Below are positions 9,581 to 20,122 of a DNA stretch of 64,000 nt, piece after piece. The notes beneath the pieces were generated by a model. It saw nothing but the letters and a program-made list of their open reading frames with translations. It had not been told where the DNA came from and ran no database searches. Position numbers and translations under genes: made by a program. Position 1 is the first letter of the stretch; each line of letters starts with the position of its first letter. The stretch is from a virus (Duplodnaviria; Heunggongvirae; Uroviricota; Caudoviricetes), in IMG/VR virus record IMGVR_UViG_3300030379_000158; one strand, 5' to 3'.

Positions 9581-10612
9581 CTAATCGCCATCTTCCAGCA
9601 GGCGCACCATTGCCCCTGTTTCACTATCCAGGTTACGGATATAGTTCATGACAATATTTACGTTGGTCCAGCCACCAGCTTGCATGATCTCCGGTATTGA
9701 AACTCCGGCACGGGCCATATCTCGCGCGGCTCCGACACGGGCACTGTGTCCAGACCAGGCCAGGTACCTCTGGCCAGAGTCATCCTTAGCCCCGTAAATC
9801 AATCGGTGAGTTGCTTCAAAAATCCCTTCCAGGGCGCGAGTTGATAGCTGGCTGGTGGGTGATGGCGAGGCAACACCATTTTTTCTGACCCGGCAAAACA
9901 AGTAGTTATTCGGATCATCAGCCACACCAGAGACAGAAATCCATCGCTCGACCAGTTTAGTTACCCCCAGGCTAAGTGCCTTCTCTACACCTGCGGTGCT
10001 AACCAGCGTTTTCGTTCTGCCAATATGGATTAACATTCTCCCACCGTCAGTACGTGAGATATCTTTAACCCTGATCCTGGCAATTTCGGCTATACGTAAC
10101 AGGGTGTTATAAGCAATCCCCAGAAATGCCAGATTACGTATATCCTGGCAGCGATCGCTATTTTCCATGAGTGAACGAACCTGGTCGAAATCAGTGCGTT
10201 CGAACGCTAGTGCCTGTTTTGCACGTTCACCGGCATCAACGTTTTCTTTTCGGATCCGCCGCATAACCAGTGAAACAGCATTGCTGTCACTTAGTCGCGG
10301 CAGCCCGGACCGACGATGAAGCATGTTTAGCTGGCCCAAATGTTGCTGGATAGTTTTTACTGCCAGACCGCGCGCCTGAAGATATAGAAGATAATCGCGA
10401 ACATCTTCAGGTTCTGCGGGAAACCATTTCCGGTTATTCAACTTGCACCATGCCGCCCATGACCGGCAAACGGACAGAAGCATTTTCCAGGTATGCTCAG
10501 AAAACGCCTGGCGATCCCTGAACATGTCCATCAGGTTCTTGCGAACCTCATCACTCGTTGCATCGACCGGCAATGCAGGCAAATTTTGGTGTACGGTCAG
10601 TAAATTGGACAT
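9581..10612 (-). CDS. cre: Cre tyrosine recombinase (343 aa)
   Basis: Track protein begins MSNLLTVHQNLPALPVDATSDEVRKNLMDMFRDRQAFSEHTWKMLLSVCRSWAAWCKLNNRKWFPAEPEDVRDYLLYLQARGLAVKTIQQHLGQLNMLHRRSGLPR and ends ...MVRLLEDGD, which I recognise as Cre; loxP lies about 420 bp upstream. Confidence 0.95.
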   Translation of the reverse strand: MSNLLTVHQNLPALPVDATSDEVRKNLMDMFRDRQAFSEHTWKMLLSVCRSWAAWCKLNNRKWFPAEPEDVRDYLLYLQARGLAVKTIQQHLGQLNMLHRRSGLPRLSDSNAVSLVMRRIRKENVDAGERAKQALAFERTDFDQVRSLMENSDRCQDIRNLAFLGIAYNTLLRIAEIARIRVKDISRTDGGRMLIHIGRTKTLVSTAGVEKALSLGVTKLVERWISVSGVADDPNNYLFCRVRKNGVASPSPTSQLSTRALEGIFEATHRLIYGAKDDSGQRYLAWSGHSARVGAARDMARAGVSIPEIMQAGGWTNVNIVMNYIRNLDSETGAMVRLLEDGD

Positions 10613-11030
10613 TTGACACTCAGATAATGGTTTTAAGTAAAGTGTACAGGATCGGCTCTGCCTTTACCTGTTTATGGTTCTCGTCATAGAAACGCCAACG
10701 ACCGCGACTGCGTTCTATCTTTTCTTCACCGCGCGATAATGACAGTTGACAACTATCACGATCAAACCCTTTTGCCCGCCAGTAACCACGATTTTTCTCA
10801 AGCTCAAGATGAGTGGACACTTTAGCAGCTGAATATCCCATTTTTCACCTCTGATTGATTGGTGGTGCTAAGTGCGCTACGCGAAATCTGGAGCACTAAC
10901 ACTGCCAACATTTCGCAGATTTTACGTAGCGCAACCTTGATCAAATGATCAAGTGATCACTATTTGACCTGGTAAGGTATTGAACTGTATGGATTTACAG
11001 GTAAATTGATCATGTTCAATAACCCTTAAG

Positions 11031-11064
11031 ATAACTTCGTATAATGTATGCTATACGAAGTTAT
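11031..11064 (+). other. loxP site (ATAACTTCGTATA-ATGTATGC-TATACGAAGTTAT)
   Basis: Exact 34-bp loxP sequence read directly from the window; Dam GATC cluster lies in the cre promoter region to its left. Confidence 0.95.
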
Positions 11065-11109
11065 CAGGTCCGAAGAGGAGTTTACGTCCAGCTGCGCACA
11101 AAAATCAAG

Positions 11110-11126
11110 AATTATTAGAGCAATAA
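11110..11126 (-). promoter_or_regulatory. C1 operator-like site (ATTGCTCTAATAAATTT type) upstream of coi/c1
   Basis: TTATTAGAGCAATAAATT read on plus strand. Confidence 0.6.
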
Positions 11127-11190
11127 ATTTTGAGATAAAAATCCCACTCCACCAGCTAAAAACTGGATTGTTTTTCATAGTTGTTTGACA

Positions 11191-11207
11191 ATTGCTCTAA
11201 TAAATTA
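11191..11207 (+). promoter_or_regulatory. C1 operator-like site upstream of coi/c1
   Basis: ATTGCTCTAATAAATTA preceded by TTGACA. Confidence 0.65.
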
Positions 11208-11445
11208 TAGTTTTGCCGCCGTTACGTAATACGACTTTGGATTCACTATTTAATGTGTCTTCAGCGTTGTAGAGCGGCTCAGAAGGAAATGAGCAAACAG
11301 GGAAACCTTATACAACGGCATTACAGCTATGCATTGCTCATCTTACACACAGCGCAATGTTGTTAGATTACCCCAGCATGGATCATGGGTGAAACAGTAG
11401 GTCAGAGCTTCAGGCTCTGTGTTGTCAATACAGTGAGGCATAATT

Positions 11446-11655
11446 ATGGCTTTCATTCAACCAACCATCGACGACGTTAGACATTGCTCTAACGCTTTAT
11501 CTGTAGACCCTGCCGAAACCGACGCTGCCCGCGCCATTGCTGAACACTACTCAAAGATATCCAATCAGGAGTACCGCATCACCCAAGACGACTTGGATGA
11601 CCTCACTGACACAATCGAATATCTCATGGCAACTAACCAGTTAGACTCACAATAA
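11446..11655 (+). CDS. coi: Coi (C1 inactivator), 69 aa
   Basis: 69-aa ORF immediately upstream of c1, downstream of operators; matches P1 immC layout. Confidence 0.7.
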   Translation: MAFIQPTIDDVRHCSNALSVDPAETDAARAIAEHYSKISNQEYRITQDDLDDLTDTIEYLMATNQLDSQ

Positions 11656-11765
11656 ATGCACTAATAAATCTATTATTTTTGTTTGATCCCTCTATAATAT
11701 AGGTCAGTAATGACCGGTTTTCTCAGCCGGGCGTTATTGACCATGTCAATTCTGGAGGAGGATCA

Positions 11766-12617
11766 ATGATAAATTATGTCTACGGCGAACAACTGTACCA
11801 GGAGTTCGTCAGCTTCAGGGATCTCTTTCTAAAAAAAGCTGTTGCACGCGCCCAACACGTTGATACAGCCAGCGACGGTCGTCCTGTACGCCCGGTTGTC
11901 GTTCTACCGTTCAAAGAAACTGACAGCATTCAGGCTGAAATTGATAAATGGACTTTAATGGCGCGGGAACTGGAACAGTACCCAGACCTCAATATCCCAA
12001 AGACTATTTTATATCCAGTGCCTAACATCCTTCGCGGTGTGCGTAAGGTTACAACTTATCAGACAGAAGCTGTGAACAGCGTCAACATGACCGCTGGCCG
12101 CATTATTCATCTGATTGATAAGGACATTCGCATCCAAAAAAGCGCGGGGATCAATGAGCACAGTGCGAAATACATAGAGAACCTGGAAGCAACAAAAGAG
12201 CTAATGAAGCAGTACCCGGAGGATGAAAAATTCCGTATGCGCGTACACGGCTTTAGCGAAACAATGCTGCGCGTCCACTACATTTCCAGTAGCCCTAACT
12301 ACAATGATGGTAAATCAGTTAGTTACCATGTGCCACTGTGTGGCGTGTTTATCTGCGATGAAACTCTCCGTGATGGAATTATCATCAACGGTGAATTCGA
12401 AAAAGCAAAATTTAGCCTTTATGACTCCATAGAACCGATCATCTGCGACCGCTGGCCGCAAGCAAAAATATATCGCCTGGCAGATATTGAAAATGTAAAA
12501 AAACAAATTGCCATCACTCGCGAAGAGAAAAAGGTTAAGTCAGCCGCATCAGTTACGCGCAGCCGTAAAACCAAGAAGGGGCAGCCAGTAAACGACAACC
12601 CCGAAAGCGCGCAATAA
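11766..12617 (+). CDS. c1: C1 repressor of lysis, 283 aa
   Basis: 283-aa ORF at the immC position next to loxP/cre; many copies of its operator motif are scattered through the window. Confidence 0.85.
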   Translation: MINYVYGEQLYQEFVSFRDLFLKKAVARAQHVDTASDGRPVRPVVVLPFKETDSIQAEIDKWTLMARELEQYPDLNIPKTILYPVPNILRGVRKVTTYQTEAVNSVNMTAGRIIHLIDKDIRIQKSAGINEHSAKYIENLEATKELMKQYPEDEKFRMRVHGFSETMLRVHYISSSPNYNDGKSVSYHVPLCGVFICDETLRDGIIINGEFEKAKFSLYDSIEPIICDRWPQAKIYRLADIENVKKQIAITREEKKVKSAASVTRSRKTKKGQPVNDNPESAQ

Positions 12618-12622
12618 ATTAT

Positions 12623-12648
12623 GCCCGGCATCAACCGGGCATTCTTCC
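12623..12648. terminator. Hairpin between convergent c1 and ant-like gene
   Basis: GCCCGG-CATCAA-CCGGGC stem-loop with weak T tract. Confidence 0.4.
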
Positions 12649-12649
12649 A

Positions 12650-13768
12650 TTATTCAGCCGCCACCGGTTTTAACAAGCCAGCATCGAGCAGTTTACGCGT
12701 CAACCACTGCTGGCCTTTACCCGTTAATTGAGGCGTCAACCGTATCTGGTAGCCATCTTCATCATCCAGCACCACTTCTTTCACCGTGAAATACCCCGCG
12801 TTGATGTACTGCTGGAACGGCACATTTTTACGTCCACCGGACGCTATCAGGATGCCGTTCTCCCGTAACCAGACAAACAGCGCGTTTTGTTTAAGTCCAA
12901 CAACCTTTGCAAAATTCCCAATCAGGATCCCTTTAGCTACTGATACCCGGTCGGCAAAATCGACTTTAGGAGCGGCGGCCACCAGCTGCTGATTTAGCTG
13001 GTGGGCTTTCTGTTCCAGAAGTTGCTTTTGTTCAGCCAGTTCGGCAGCCAGGCGTAGGGCTTCAGGAAGCGTCTGGGGGATTGCGATCGGTTGCTGTTCT
13101 TTTTGTCGGAAGTAGCTGTCTTCCAGTTTTTCAAAGAATGCCCATGCCTGATCGGTTTCGAGCATTTTAGCGTGGCGGGCTGCGCCGCGTTCTGTCCAGA
13201 GGGTGAGTGAGCGAACATTGCGAGCAATTTTTACAGAGTAGTTTAAAGCTACTCTGTGCTTCAACTCGCGCAATGATTCTCCTTCAACTTTGAAAAAGTG
13301 CTTCCCTTCAACAAAGCGTACTTTGTTCTCATGATGATTTTGGCGAATACGGATTGTTTCTGTCCCATACCCTCTAGCAAGAGTCTCGGTTGTCACTACA
13401 CGCACTCCCTGCCATTCCAGAACGGGAATTTCATCAGACTGATTCTGAACAACCACCAGCTCCGATTCTTGAACTGAAGGTGCATGAATTTTTTCTGATT
13501 TAACGTTAGTTGCTTTCATTCTGTGTGCCTCCTTGCGTGCTTCGGCTGCGGCGGTTGCGTAATTCAGATGACCCTGTTCGAGCAGGTATTCGCGGATATC
13601 AGACAACAGGATACGGTGAACCGCGTTCTTGTCCTTTCTCCGGTAAAGTTGTTTGGTGATCATGAAGTAATTGGCAATAACGCCTGGTATATCCCTGGTA
13701 CTGATACAGGCAGTGTGCTGTTCAATTGCCTCGATCATCTCTTCACGGGTGACTAATGACGTTCTCAT
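12650..13768 (-). CDS. Antirepressor-like protein, Ant1-like N-terminus, central ORF6N/Bro-N-like segment, KilA-C-type C-terminus (372 aa)
   Basis: N-terminal about 90 aa and C-terminal about 120 aa (PQTLPEALRLAAELAEQK...KVDFADRVSVA.GILIGNFAKVVGLKQNALF...GKGQQWLTRKLLDAGLLKPVA) closely parallel the Ant1 ORF at 61862..62905; middle segment differs. Confidence 0.7.
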   Translation of the reverse strand: MRTSLVTREEMIEAIEQHTACISTRDIPGVIANYFMITKQLYRRKDKNAVHRILLSDIREYLLEQGHLNYATAAAEARKEAHRMKATNVKSEKIHAPSVQESELVVVQNQSDEIPVLEWQGVRVVTTETLARGYGTETIRIRQNHHENKVRFVEGKHFFKVEGESLRELKHRVALNYSVKIARNVRSLTLWTERGAARHAKMLETDQAWAFFEKLEDSYFRQKEQQPIAIPQTLPEALRLAAELAEQKQLLEQKAHQLNQQLVAAAPKVDFADRVSVAKGILIGNFAKVVGLKQNALFVWLRENGILIASGGRKNVPFQQYINAGYFTVKEVVLDDEDGYQIRLTPQLTGKGQQWLTRKLLDAGLLKPVAAE

Positions 13769-13986
13769 AGTCCCTCCTGAGCAGAAGCGTTAACAGGGAG
13801 GCACCAGTAACTGAGAGAATTGCGTGAATCAGTGGAAAAACGGGCAGAGAAAATACATGGGGCGTCAGGAAGCTGAGAGCGGGCCTCATCTTCTGTCGGT
13901 GCAATAACGAAGTGATAGTGACGTTTTTGGCAGGAGTAAAAGCGCCAGATAAATTCAGGATGAGTTGGGGTAGGGATAGTAGCCAT
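13765..13986 (-). CDS. Icd/Ash-like small protein (73 aa), start at internal ATG with AGGAGG RBS
   Basis: C-terminal 73 aa of track ORF 13765..14214 parallel the Icd ORF at 62902..63123 (EFIWRFYSC..HYHFVIA.TEDEARSQLPD.PCIF.ARFST.SRNSLSYW); ATG at 13984-13986 with AGGAGG upstream. Confidence 0.6.
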   Translation of the reverse strand: MATIPTPTHPEFIWRFYSCQKRHYHFVIAPTEDEARSQLPDAPCIFSARFSTDSRNSLSYWCLPVNASAQEGL

Positions 13987-14307
13987 ATTGGCAGCCTCCT
14001 TAGACGTTGGTATGTAACCACCGCAGAAGAGACCAATCTTGCTGGCGGTGGACTGTACGGAGTTGGCCTTACTGGCGTCCAAGGTAACCAGCCTACCCGA
14101 AGGTAGCCCCATACAGCCCACCATTGTAGAGGTGTGCGTGTACGCCGATACAAAAAAAAGACGCGAGCGGCGTCTGTATCGCCTTAGACTTAAGCGGGAG
14201 GCCAATCCCGGCACCCGTTTTAATGAGGTGCCTGATAAGCATAAACCGAAAATGCCTCAAGGCGCAAGAGGTCAGGCTCAATGTAACATCGGTAGTTAAA
14301 AAACACA

Positions 14308-14324
14308 ATTTATTAGAGCAAATA
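14308..14324 (-). promoter_or_regulatory. C1 operator-like site just downstream of pacB and upstream of the icd/ant-like module
   Basis: AATTTATTAGAGCAAAT on plus strand. Confidence 0.6.
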
Positions 14325-14328
14325 TTCA

Positions 14329-15810
14329 TTAATTAAGCCATGCCAGAGCTTCATCAACCTGCGCTTCGTCTTCGACGCTAAGCACTTCATCCTGGGGAAC
14401 ATAATCAGCCAGCATAGCGAAACAATATGTATCCCAATGGTCTGGTGAGTGCAGGTTGAGTTTTTTCTTCATATCCTCCTTACTCATCACCTTCCATTGA
14501 CCTGCGGAGTTAATCCCTACAGGGATTTTCGACGCTTCCTCAATAGTTTCATTACCCTTATCCAGTCTCATACGACCAGATTTTACGGCCTCTGCGGCTT
14601 GAACGTTGGCATAAGCACGTTTATCAAAGTACAGGCTCTTATCTTCACGGCTATGCATCTTTTTACCCCAGCGTATACGCTGTACGGTAATACCATAATA
14701 CTCGTACATCAGATCCGCCGTTGCTTTACCCAGGCCATCGCCGTCTATCGCTATGGTGATATTGGGGAATCGCTCAGGATTACATTCTGCGAAAATTTTG
14801 GCGGCAAGCTGCGTTTCTGTAACGTCTGTGTATTCCAGCATTCGATAGTTGATTACACGGCGTTTATTTCGCTGGCCGGACACCATCATGATATTGATAA
14901 CGGACTTATCCCGTCCCGTACCACCAGCAACGTCCACACATGCAAGCCAGCCCCATCCTTTTGCAATCTTGACTTTCCGCCGCGTTGCACGTTCAACCTC
15001 ATCACGCCCAAGAAGGAAGCCATCCTGTGATTTAGGGAATAGGCCGCGTACCTTAATCATGTACATAGGGTTATCACGCCCGCCGTACTCCGCCAGCTTC
15101 ATTTTGATAAATGCTGGCGTTACCAACGGTGATTCCTCACTGTTAAGCGTGATCGCCGTATAAACGCCATCAGGGTTACCAGGACGCTTGGCCAGTTTAT
15201 GGTGTGTATCGTAGAAATAGCCGCTTGGGCGTGTAGGCTGTGACAGCAATAAGATGCGGTTATCCTGTCCGGTAAGAGCACCGGTGATGATACCGAAAGC
15301 TCTATCACTGACACCGGAGGCTTCATCGATAATATACAGAAGATGATCTGCGTGTTCACCGGCGAGAGCTTCTTCACTTCCCAGACGAAAGCCCTTCGGT
15401 ACTACAGTCCATACACCTTTACCAGTAACCTCATAGAAAGCGGTTTCTGTCAGAACAAAATAATCAGCAAGCCATGGAAAACGGCTGGTGGCAGTAGCCC
15501 AGTTTATCTTGATGTACTTGAATATACCGGTCATTACCTGCTGAATTTTGTTCGCAACGATAATGGCGCGGGCACCGGGATACATGATTATGAACAACAT
15601 GATCATGATAGAAGTCATGTCTGATTTCCCGGTACCGTGACCAGACGAAACAGATGTCTTGCTACCCTGTTCCTGCACAGACTCAATAATCAGATCCTGC
15701 TGCCAGGTAGGTGTTTTGCCGAACAAAACATCAGCGGCAGCAATCCAGTCATAACGATATAGCGCCACCAGCTCGCGCCAACGTGGATCCGTTACGCAAC
15801 TTCTGGCCAT
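14329..15810 (-). CDS. pacB: PacB, terminase large subunit (493 aa)
   Basis: Walker A-like SSGHGTGKS; size and position after pacA match P1 PacB. Confidence 0.8.
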   Translation of the reverse strand: MARSCVTDPRWRELVALYRYDWIAAADVLFGKTPTWQQDLIIESVQEQGSKTSVSSGHGTGKSDMTSIMIMLFIIMYPGARAIIVANKIQQVMTGIFKYIKINWATATSRFPWLADYFVLTETAFYEVTGKGVWTVVPKGFRLGSEEALAGEHADHLLYIIDEASGVSDRAFGIITGALTGQDNRILLLSQPTRPSGYFYDTHHKLAKRPGNPDGVYTAITLNSEESPLVTPAFIKMKLAEYGGRDNPMYMIKVRGLFPKSQDGFLLGRDEVERATRRKVKIAKGWGWLACVDVAGGTGRDKSVINIMMVSGQRNKRRVINYRMLEYTDVTETQLAAKIFAECNPERFPNITIAIDGDGLGKATADLMYEYYGITVQRIRWGKKMHSREDKSLYFDKRAYANVQAAEAVKSGRMRLDKGNETIEEASKIPVGINSAGQWKVMSKEDMKKKLNLHSPDHWDTYCFAMLADYVPQDEVLSVEDEAQVDEALAWLN

Positions 15811-17003
15811 TAATCATCATCCCCGTATAGCTTGCGGGTAACTTCTTCGTCTTCCTCCTCGTCTTCGTCCAGGTCTTGTTCCAGCCATGGGTCGTTTGAT
15901 ACACCTTCAGTATCAACATCTCCATAACCGCCTGTATCAACGATATCGGCGATTTCTTCCCTACGCTGCTCAATCCACAATGCGGCATCGGCGCGGCGGT
16001 TGGCGGCCCGTTCTCGCGCAACTTTGTCCAGATCTTCAAGAGAAGGGCCACCGACGGCTGTTTGCCTTTCCTCATCATCGGTATTGGTCTTAGGAGCACG
16101 CAGATCGGCTTTGATTTGCTCCAGCATCAGGGGCGGAACTTTCCCACCATGCGCCTCGATGAATTCAGCTGCTTCCAGCACTGACCAGTTATTTTCACGC
16201 TTTCGTTCGTATGCCAGCTTAACAATGCCAGCTTGCCCCATAGACAAAGCGTGCTTTTCCGCCTCCCGGCTTTCTTTTCGATAGTTATTCCGGATGCTGT
16301 AAATGGTGTTGATCAGACTGCTTATCTGCGCGGAACAGCTGTTTAGCATGCTCGCGATACGGTATTCAGGCGGAGTACCTCCATCATCGTCTTTTTGCTG
16401 ATCGCGCATTTCCTGCACCAGGCGAATACACGTATCCCTGGCGTTCTCCAGCATAAGGAGATGAGAAAGAGACTTTTCAAGAAGAGTGGTTTCCAGAACA
16501 TCGGCCCCGGACCGACGCAACATAGCGCGCGCGGCCTTCCGCGCTTCAACGCTATCTATCAGGTAATCGCCAGCTTCGAATTCAAAGCGTTCACCATCAT
16601 CATCCAGGGTGTCGCGTTCCAGACGATCACGTAAGGTCCGGTGGGCGCGGGTGATCACGTCATGATCATCTGAACGATCATTTATGCGCTTATTTTGGCG
16701 CTTCGCATTCTCGACTGCGGCACTGACAACGGCATTAACTCTCTGTTTTTCCGCTATTTCAGCCGCAATATGATCACCTGCATGTTGATCATTAGAGTGA
16801 TCAATGATCATGCCTTTTAGTGGCTTCCTGACTGGCTTATTTGGCTTGCGGCTGTCCGCAGTCCTGGTGTCTTCTTTGAAGGCACGGAGATAACGACGTG
16901 CGGTATTAGGGTTAAGATTAAACTCGGCGGCATACTGTGCGATGGTGTAACCACCATCTCGCGCCAGGCGAGCAAAATTCTTCTTGTGATCGTCCCAGGT
17001 CAC
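15810..17003 (-). CDS. pacA: PacA, terminase small subunit (397 aa), contains pac site
   Basis: 397-aa ORF overlapping pacB start by 1 nt; internal clusters of TGATCA/G hexamers. Confidence 0.8.
   Translation of the reverse strand: MTWDDHKKNFARLARDGGYTIAQYAAEFNLNPNTARRYLRAFKEDTRTADSRKPNKPVRKPLKGMIIDHSNDQHAGDHIAAEIAEKQRVNAVVSAAVENAKRQNKRINDRSDDHDVITRAHRTLRDRLERDTLDDDGERFEFEAGDYLIDSVEARKAARAMLRRSGADVLETTLLEKSLSHLLMLENARDTCIRLVQEMRDQQKDDDGGTPPEYRIASMLNSCSAQISSLINTIYSIRNNYRKESREAEKHALSMGQAGIVKLAYERKRENNWSVLEAAEFIEAHGGKVPPLMLEQIKADLRAPKTNTDDEERQTAVGGPSLEDLDKVARERAANRRADAALWIEQRREEIADIVDTGGYGDVDTEGVSNDPWLEQDLDEDEEEDEEVTRKLYGDDD
16620..16812. other. pac packaging site: two clusters of Dam-methylatable TGATCA/G hexamers
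   Basis: Four hexamers around 16624-16681 and four around 16771-16810, inside pacA, as described for P1 pac. Confidence 0.6.
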
Positions 17004-17088
17004 TTATGCTTCCTTTCGTAAAAACTCTTTTTGACGCGAGGGTAACGAAAGTCACATGTCAAAAGGCCCGGAACGGGCAAGCAATCAA

Positions 17089-17541
17089 TCAGATACGTGC
17101 GGATGTGGCATTACCGTAATGACGGTGCTGACGGGCCACCTTATTGAAAAGTTGACGCGCCATTACCCAAGGCTGGTGCTCCCGGCGTTCCTTTTCGTCC
17201 TGCGTCATATAGAGTTCGTTCTGGAGTTTTTCATCAAACCGGCGCGGAGCGCGGCTGCGGCGAAAGAATTCAGGATTCAGAGAGTGGATCTGAAATCTAC
17301 GTGGGCGTGTACTGTCATCAATCAAAACAGACGAATACTTAGACACAGCGATAGCCTTTAAGCGCAGATAAACATCGCGCTTATCGACATCCAGATGCGG
17401 GTATTCCTTTTCAAGAATTGCTGCGAGTTCTTTCGCTGATAGAAGAGATTTAGTGCGGATCATGTAATCCGCAATCTCGTACGATGTTATTCGTGAGTGA
17501 TTTATTTCCATGAAGTGGCGTCCCTGCCAGTTAAGTAACAT
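17089..17541 (-). CDS. lpa: Lpa-like late promoter activator (150 aa)
   Basis: 150-aa ORF directly upstream of pacA with a C1 operator-like site at its 5' side. Confidence 0.65.
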   Translation of the reverse strand: MLLNWQGRHFMEINHSRITSYEIADYMIRTKSLLSAKELAAILEKEYPHLDVDKRDVYLRLKAIAVSKYSSVLIDDSTRPRRFQIHSLNPEFFRRSRAPRRFDEKLQNELYMTQDEKERREHQPWVMARQLFNKVARQHRHYGNATSARI

Positions 17542-17613
17542 CCTGTCACCTACTGATTAGCCCATGTCAACTAATCAACGTCGAATATAATACCATCGAT
17601 TAAAGAAATAGCA

Positions 17614-17630
17614 ATGCATTAGAGCAATTT
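17614..17630 (-). promoter_or_regulatory. C1 operator-like site upstream of lpa
   Basis: GCATTAGAGCAATTTC. Confidence 0.5.
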
Positions 17631-18673
17631 CATCTAACGCTCGACGAATGACTTGTGATAGCGCCGACTCCAAGCGCGTAATCAAAGAACAATCGTTGAT
17701 GCATCGCCAGCCTACCGTGCGTCTTCTCCCAATTATCGCGGTCACGCTCAATATCACGCTGGCATGACTGGCACAGAGGAATAGCATAAATGTCATGCGC
17801 GCATAATCGACTATGACGAACGATATAAGGCGTAATGTGAGCGCCAGCTCCCGCAGCTCCACAGCCACAGCATGGACGGGAAGCCACAAAATCCATGTAC
17901 TCGGGCAATTTTAGCGATTGAAGTTTTGGTATTTTGAAATGCGCCATGCTAGGGTCGGAGTCAACATCCACAGGGCATACTTTTGCACGCATCGGCGCGG
18001 CGCGTTCTTCCATCATCTGAACATATGCTGTAGCGCGATCGTCATACGGGCGAATATCCGCCTCTTTCAGAGGTCCACTATCCTGCGGAGTAGCCTTCAT
18101 CTTATTTATTGATATGCGGCAGACTTCTTCCGGCATCAGGTGCATCATGTTGCGCATGAAAGCCCACCAGCACAGCTCCTGAATACTTAAATCATGGCTA
18201 TTTGAAAGGCCCATTTCCTGACGGGCGACATCCAGTATCCAGTTAACGCGATTATTGTGCAGCGTTTCTTTCAGCTCATTAAAACCACGCATCCGGTAAT
18301 GGTTATCGTGATGCCAGCACAACAACACCGCGCTATTGTCTCGTTCAGCGTGGACAATATGGTTGTCACACCAACTACGATCTGCGGCCTGGCATTGACC
18401 CTCTTTCCTACGCAACCACGCAACCAGCGCGTCAATTCCACCAATACGGCGAAACAGTTCATCGCTGTTAAAAAACGGCTGCAACGCCTCATTTGTTGCC
18501 ATGGTTTGCTCGGTAACAACGAGGCCGTCTTCCATGTGCTCGATTAACTCACGCGGCACCGGCTCCATAATAAATTTACGGCCAGCCTCCACCAGCTTTC
18601 TGACCTCCTGATCCACTTTGAACGTGGCGAGGCCAAGCTCTTTCTGTACAAAGGGAGTAATTACGGCTTTCAC
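17630..18673 (-). CDS. PdcB-like hypothetical protein (347 aa)
   Basis: Track ORF between doc and lpa; Cys-rich C-terminus; positional call. Confidence 0.45.
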   Translation of the reverse strand: MKAVITPFVQKELGLATFKVDQEVRKLVEAGRKFIMEPVPRELIEHMEDGLVVTEQTMATNEALQPFFNSDELFRRIGGIDALVAWLRRKEGQCQAADRSWCDNHIVHAERDNSAVLLCWHHDNHYRMRGFNELKETLHNNRVNWILDVARQEMGLSNSHDLSIQELCWWAFMRNMMHLMPEEVCRISINKMKATPQDSGPLKEADIRPYDDRATAYVQMMEERAAPMRAKVCPVDVDSDPSMAHFKIPKLQSLKLPEYMDFVASRPCCGCGAAGAGAHITPYIVRHSRLCAHDIYAIPLCQSCQRDIERDRDNWEKTHGRLAMHQRLFFDYALGVGAITSHSSSVR

Positions 18674-18700
18674 ATCACACCTTTAATCACTGATTGGGCT

Positions 18701-18901
18701 TTATCTGCTGCCCGGCATTCTCTGTTTAAGCACAGCCATTTCCTGACGGCATAACACAGCAATAGCGGTCCTGGCACCAATTTGCCTACCAACCAGGTAT
18801 TGCTTTACCTCGCGGCGACTCACGCCATCAAGAAGCATCTTTAACGCTTCACGGGACAACTTGTTGTATTTACGTGCCATTAATCTACTCCGCAGAACCA
18901 T
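18701..18901 (-). CDS. PdcA-like small protein (66 aa)
   Basis: Track ORF just downstream of doc; positional call. Confidence 0.3.
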
Positions 18902-19265
18902 ACAATCTACGTAACGTGTCGGCGACAGAAGATACAGATATCTCGCCAGTCGCAGCGCCTACGGTAAGGTCTGCCAGTTCAGGTGAATCAAATACCTGCA
19001 CCCCGTTACGGCGTAGAAATAGCAGCGCACTGTTTAGCGCGGTACGCTTATTGGCATCATTGAATATATGCCCTCTCGCTGTAGCCACCAGGTAGGTGGC
19101 GGAGACTTCGAAAAGGTCGGTGATCTCTTCGTAGGCAACTCTGGCCTGAACTCTCCCGATAATGGCCTCTGCCCTACCCGGATCTGACATTCCCGGCAGG
19201 CCGCCGTAGCGGCTTATATTCGCATCATGAAGCGCAATAAGTTCTTCCGGTGATATATGCCTCAT
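18885..19265 (-). CDS. doc: Doc toxin (Fic-fold kinase), 126 aa
   Basis: 126-aa ORF overlapping phd stop by 1 nt; sequence recognised as Doc. Confidence 0.85.
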
Positions 19266-19486
19266 TATCGGTTAACCAGTTCCTTGTTGGTGGAGTCCAG
19301 AGTGTCAAACAGGGATGCAAATTCAGCATCCAGCGCCGCTTTTTTGTAGGCTTCGAAAGTAGCCTTGCTGACAATTACTGCTGGCTCACGGCCTCTGCGG
19401 GTGATTTCAACCTCTTCCCCGGCTTCAACATTGTTGAGCACTTCAGAAAGGTTGCCGCGCGCGGTACGGAAGTTAATGGATTGCAT
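19265..19486 (-). CDS. phd: Phd antitoxin, about 73 aa (start at MQSINF...)
   Basis: Track ORF 19265..19492; Phd-like sequence; palindromic TGTGTACACA in promoter region at about 19515-19535. Confidence 0.8.
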
Positions 19487-19558
19487 AAACACCTCGTGTA
19501 CTCGTTATGTGTACACAATTATAAACTTCACAGGCATAAAGCACCAGCACTTTGCAGC

Positions 19559-19948
19559 TTAAATCACCGGACAATCATCAAACTCCCCACTTCGGGCATC
19601 ATTGATGACATGAGTGATCACACCAAAAACAGCATTACTGCCCGTGCATCCATCGTCATCTACTGGTAACGCCTCTTTCTTCCCGGTGCTTAAATCCTCC
19701 AGGTGCTGGCGCGGATACTTCCTGTATCTCTTTATGCGATATTCACCCTCCATAGCGCACACAAGCAGAGAACCATCAACCGGAGTAAGCGAGGAATCAA
19801 CCACCAGCAAAGCACCCTGCAATATTCCCTCACGGTGATGGCTATCAGCTGCCCGCATGAAGTAGGTTGCTGATGGATGCCTGATTAGTTGCTGATCAAG
19901 AGAAATTCGGCTTTCAACATAATCCGCCGCAGGAGAAGGGAAGCCCAT
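19559..19948 (-). CDS. humD: HumD (UmuD-like S24 peptidase), 129 aa
   Basis: UmuD/LexA-like fold recognised; LexA box immediately upstream. Confidence 0.75.
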   Translation of the reverse strand: MGFPSPAADYVESRISLDQQLIRHPSATYFMRAADSHHREGILQGALLVVDSSLTPVDGSLLVCAMEGEYRIKRYRKYPRQHLEDLSTGKKEALPVDDDGCTGSNAVFGVITHVINDARSGEFDDCPVI

Positions 19949-19967
19949 AGCGTTTCCACCTCAATAA

Positions 19968-19987
19968 TACTGTTCATTTATACAGTA
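19968..19987. promoter_or_regulatory. LexA (SOS) box TACTGTTCATTTATACAGTA between divergent humD and the 20123 gene
   Basis: CTGT-N8-ACAG with AT-rich spacer, about 20 bp from humD start codon. Confidence 0.65.
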
Positions 19988-20122
19988 TACATTAAAGAGA
20001 CACCTTTGGTGCAAACGCGTTACGTACATCAACCACCGCTGATGATTTTGTGCGCTTTGCTACTATTCATCACCAACGGATCAGCGTAACCTCGTTGCCA
20101 ATCAGTTAATAAGGAATTAGCT

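Noticed and set aside
10620-10841. 73-aa minus-strand ORF in the cre-loxP spacer
   Set aside because: The spacer length matches the P1 cre promoter region, which has no annotated gene; the ORF is Arg/Lys-rich with low complexity. Kept out of features, although it is preceded by the CCAATCAATCA motif and an SD-like sequence.
14449-15163. Plus-strand ORFs of 193 and 104 aa inside pacB
   Set aside because: Antisense overlaps of a well-supported terminase gene; compositionally biased.
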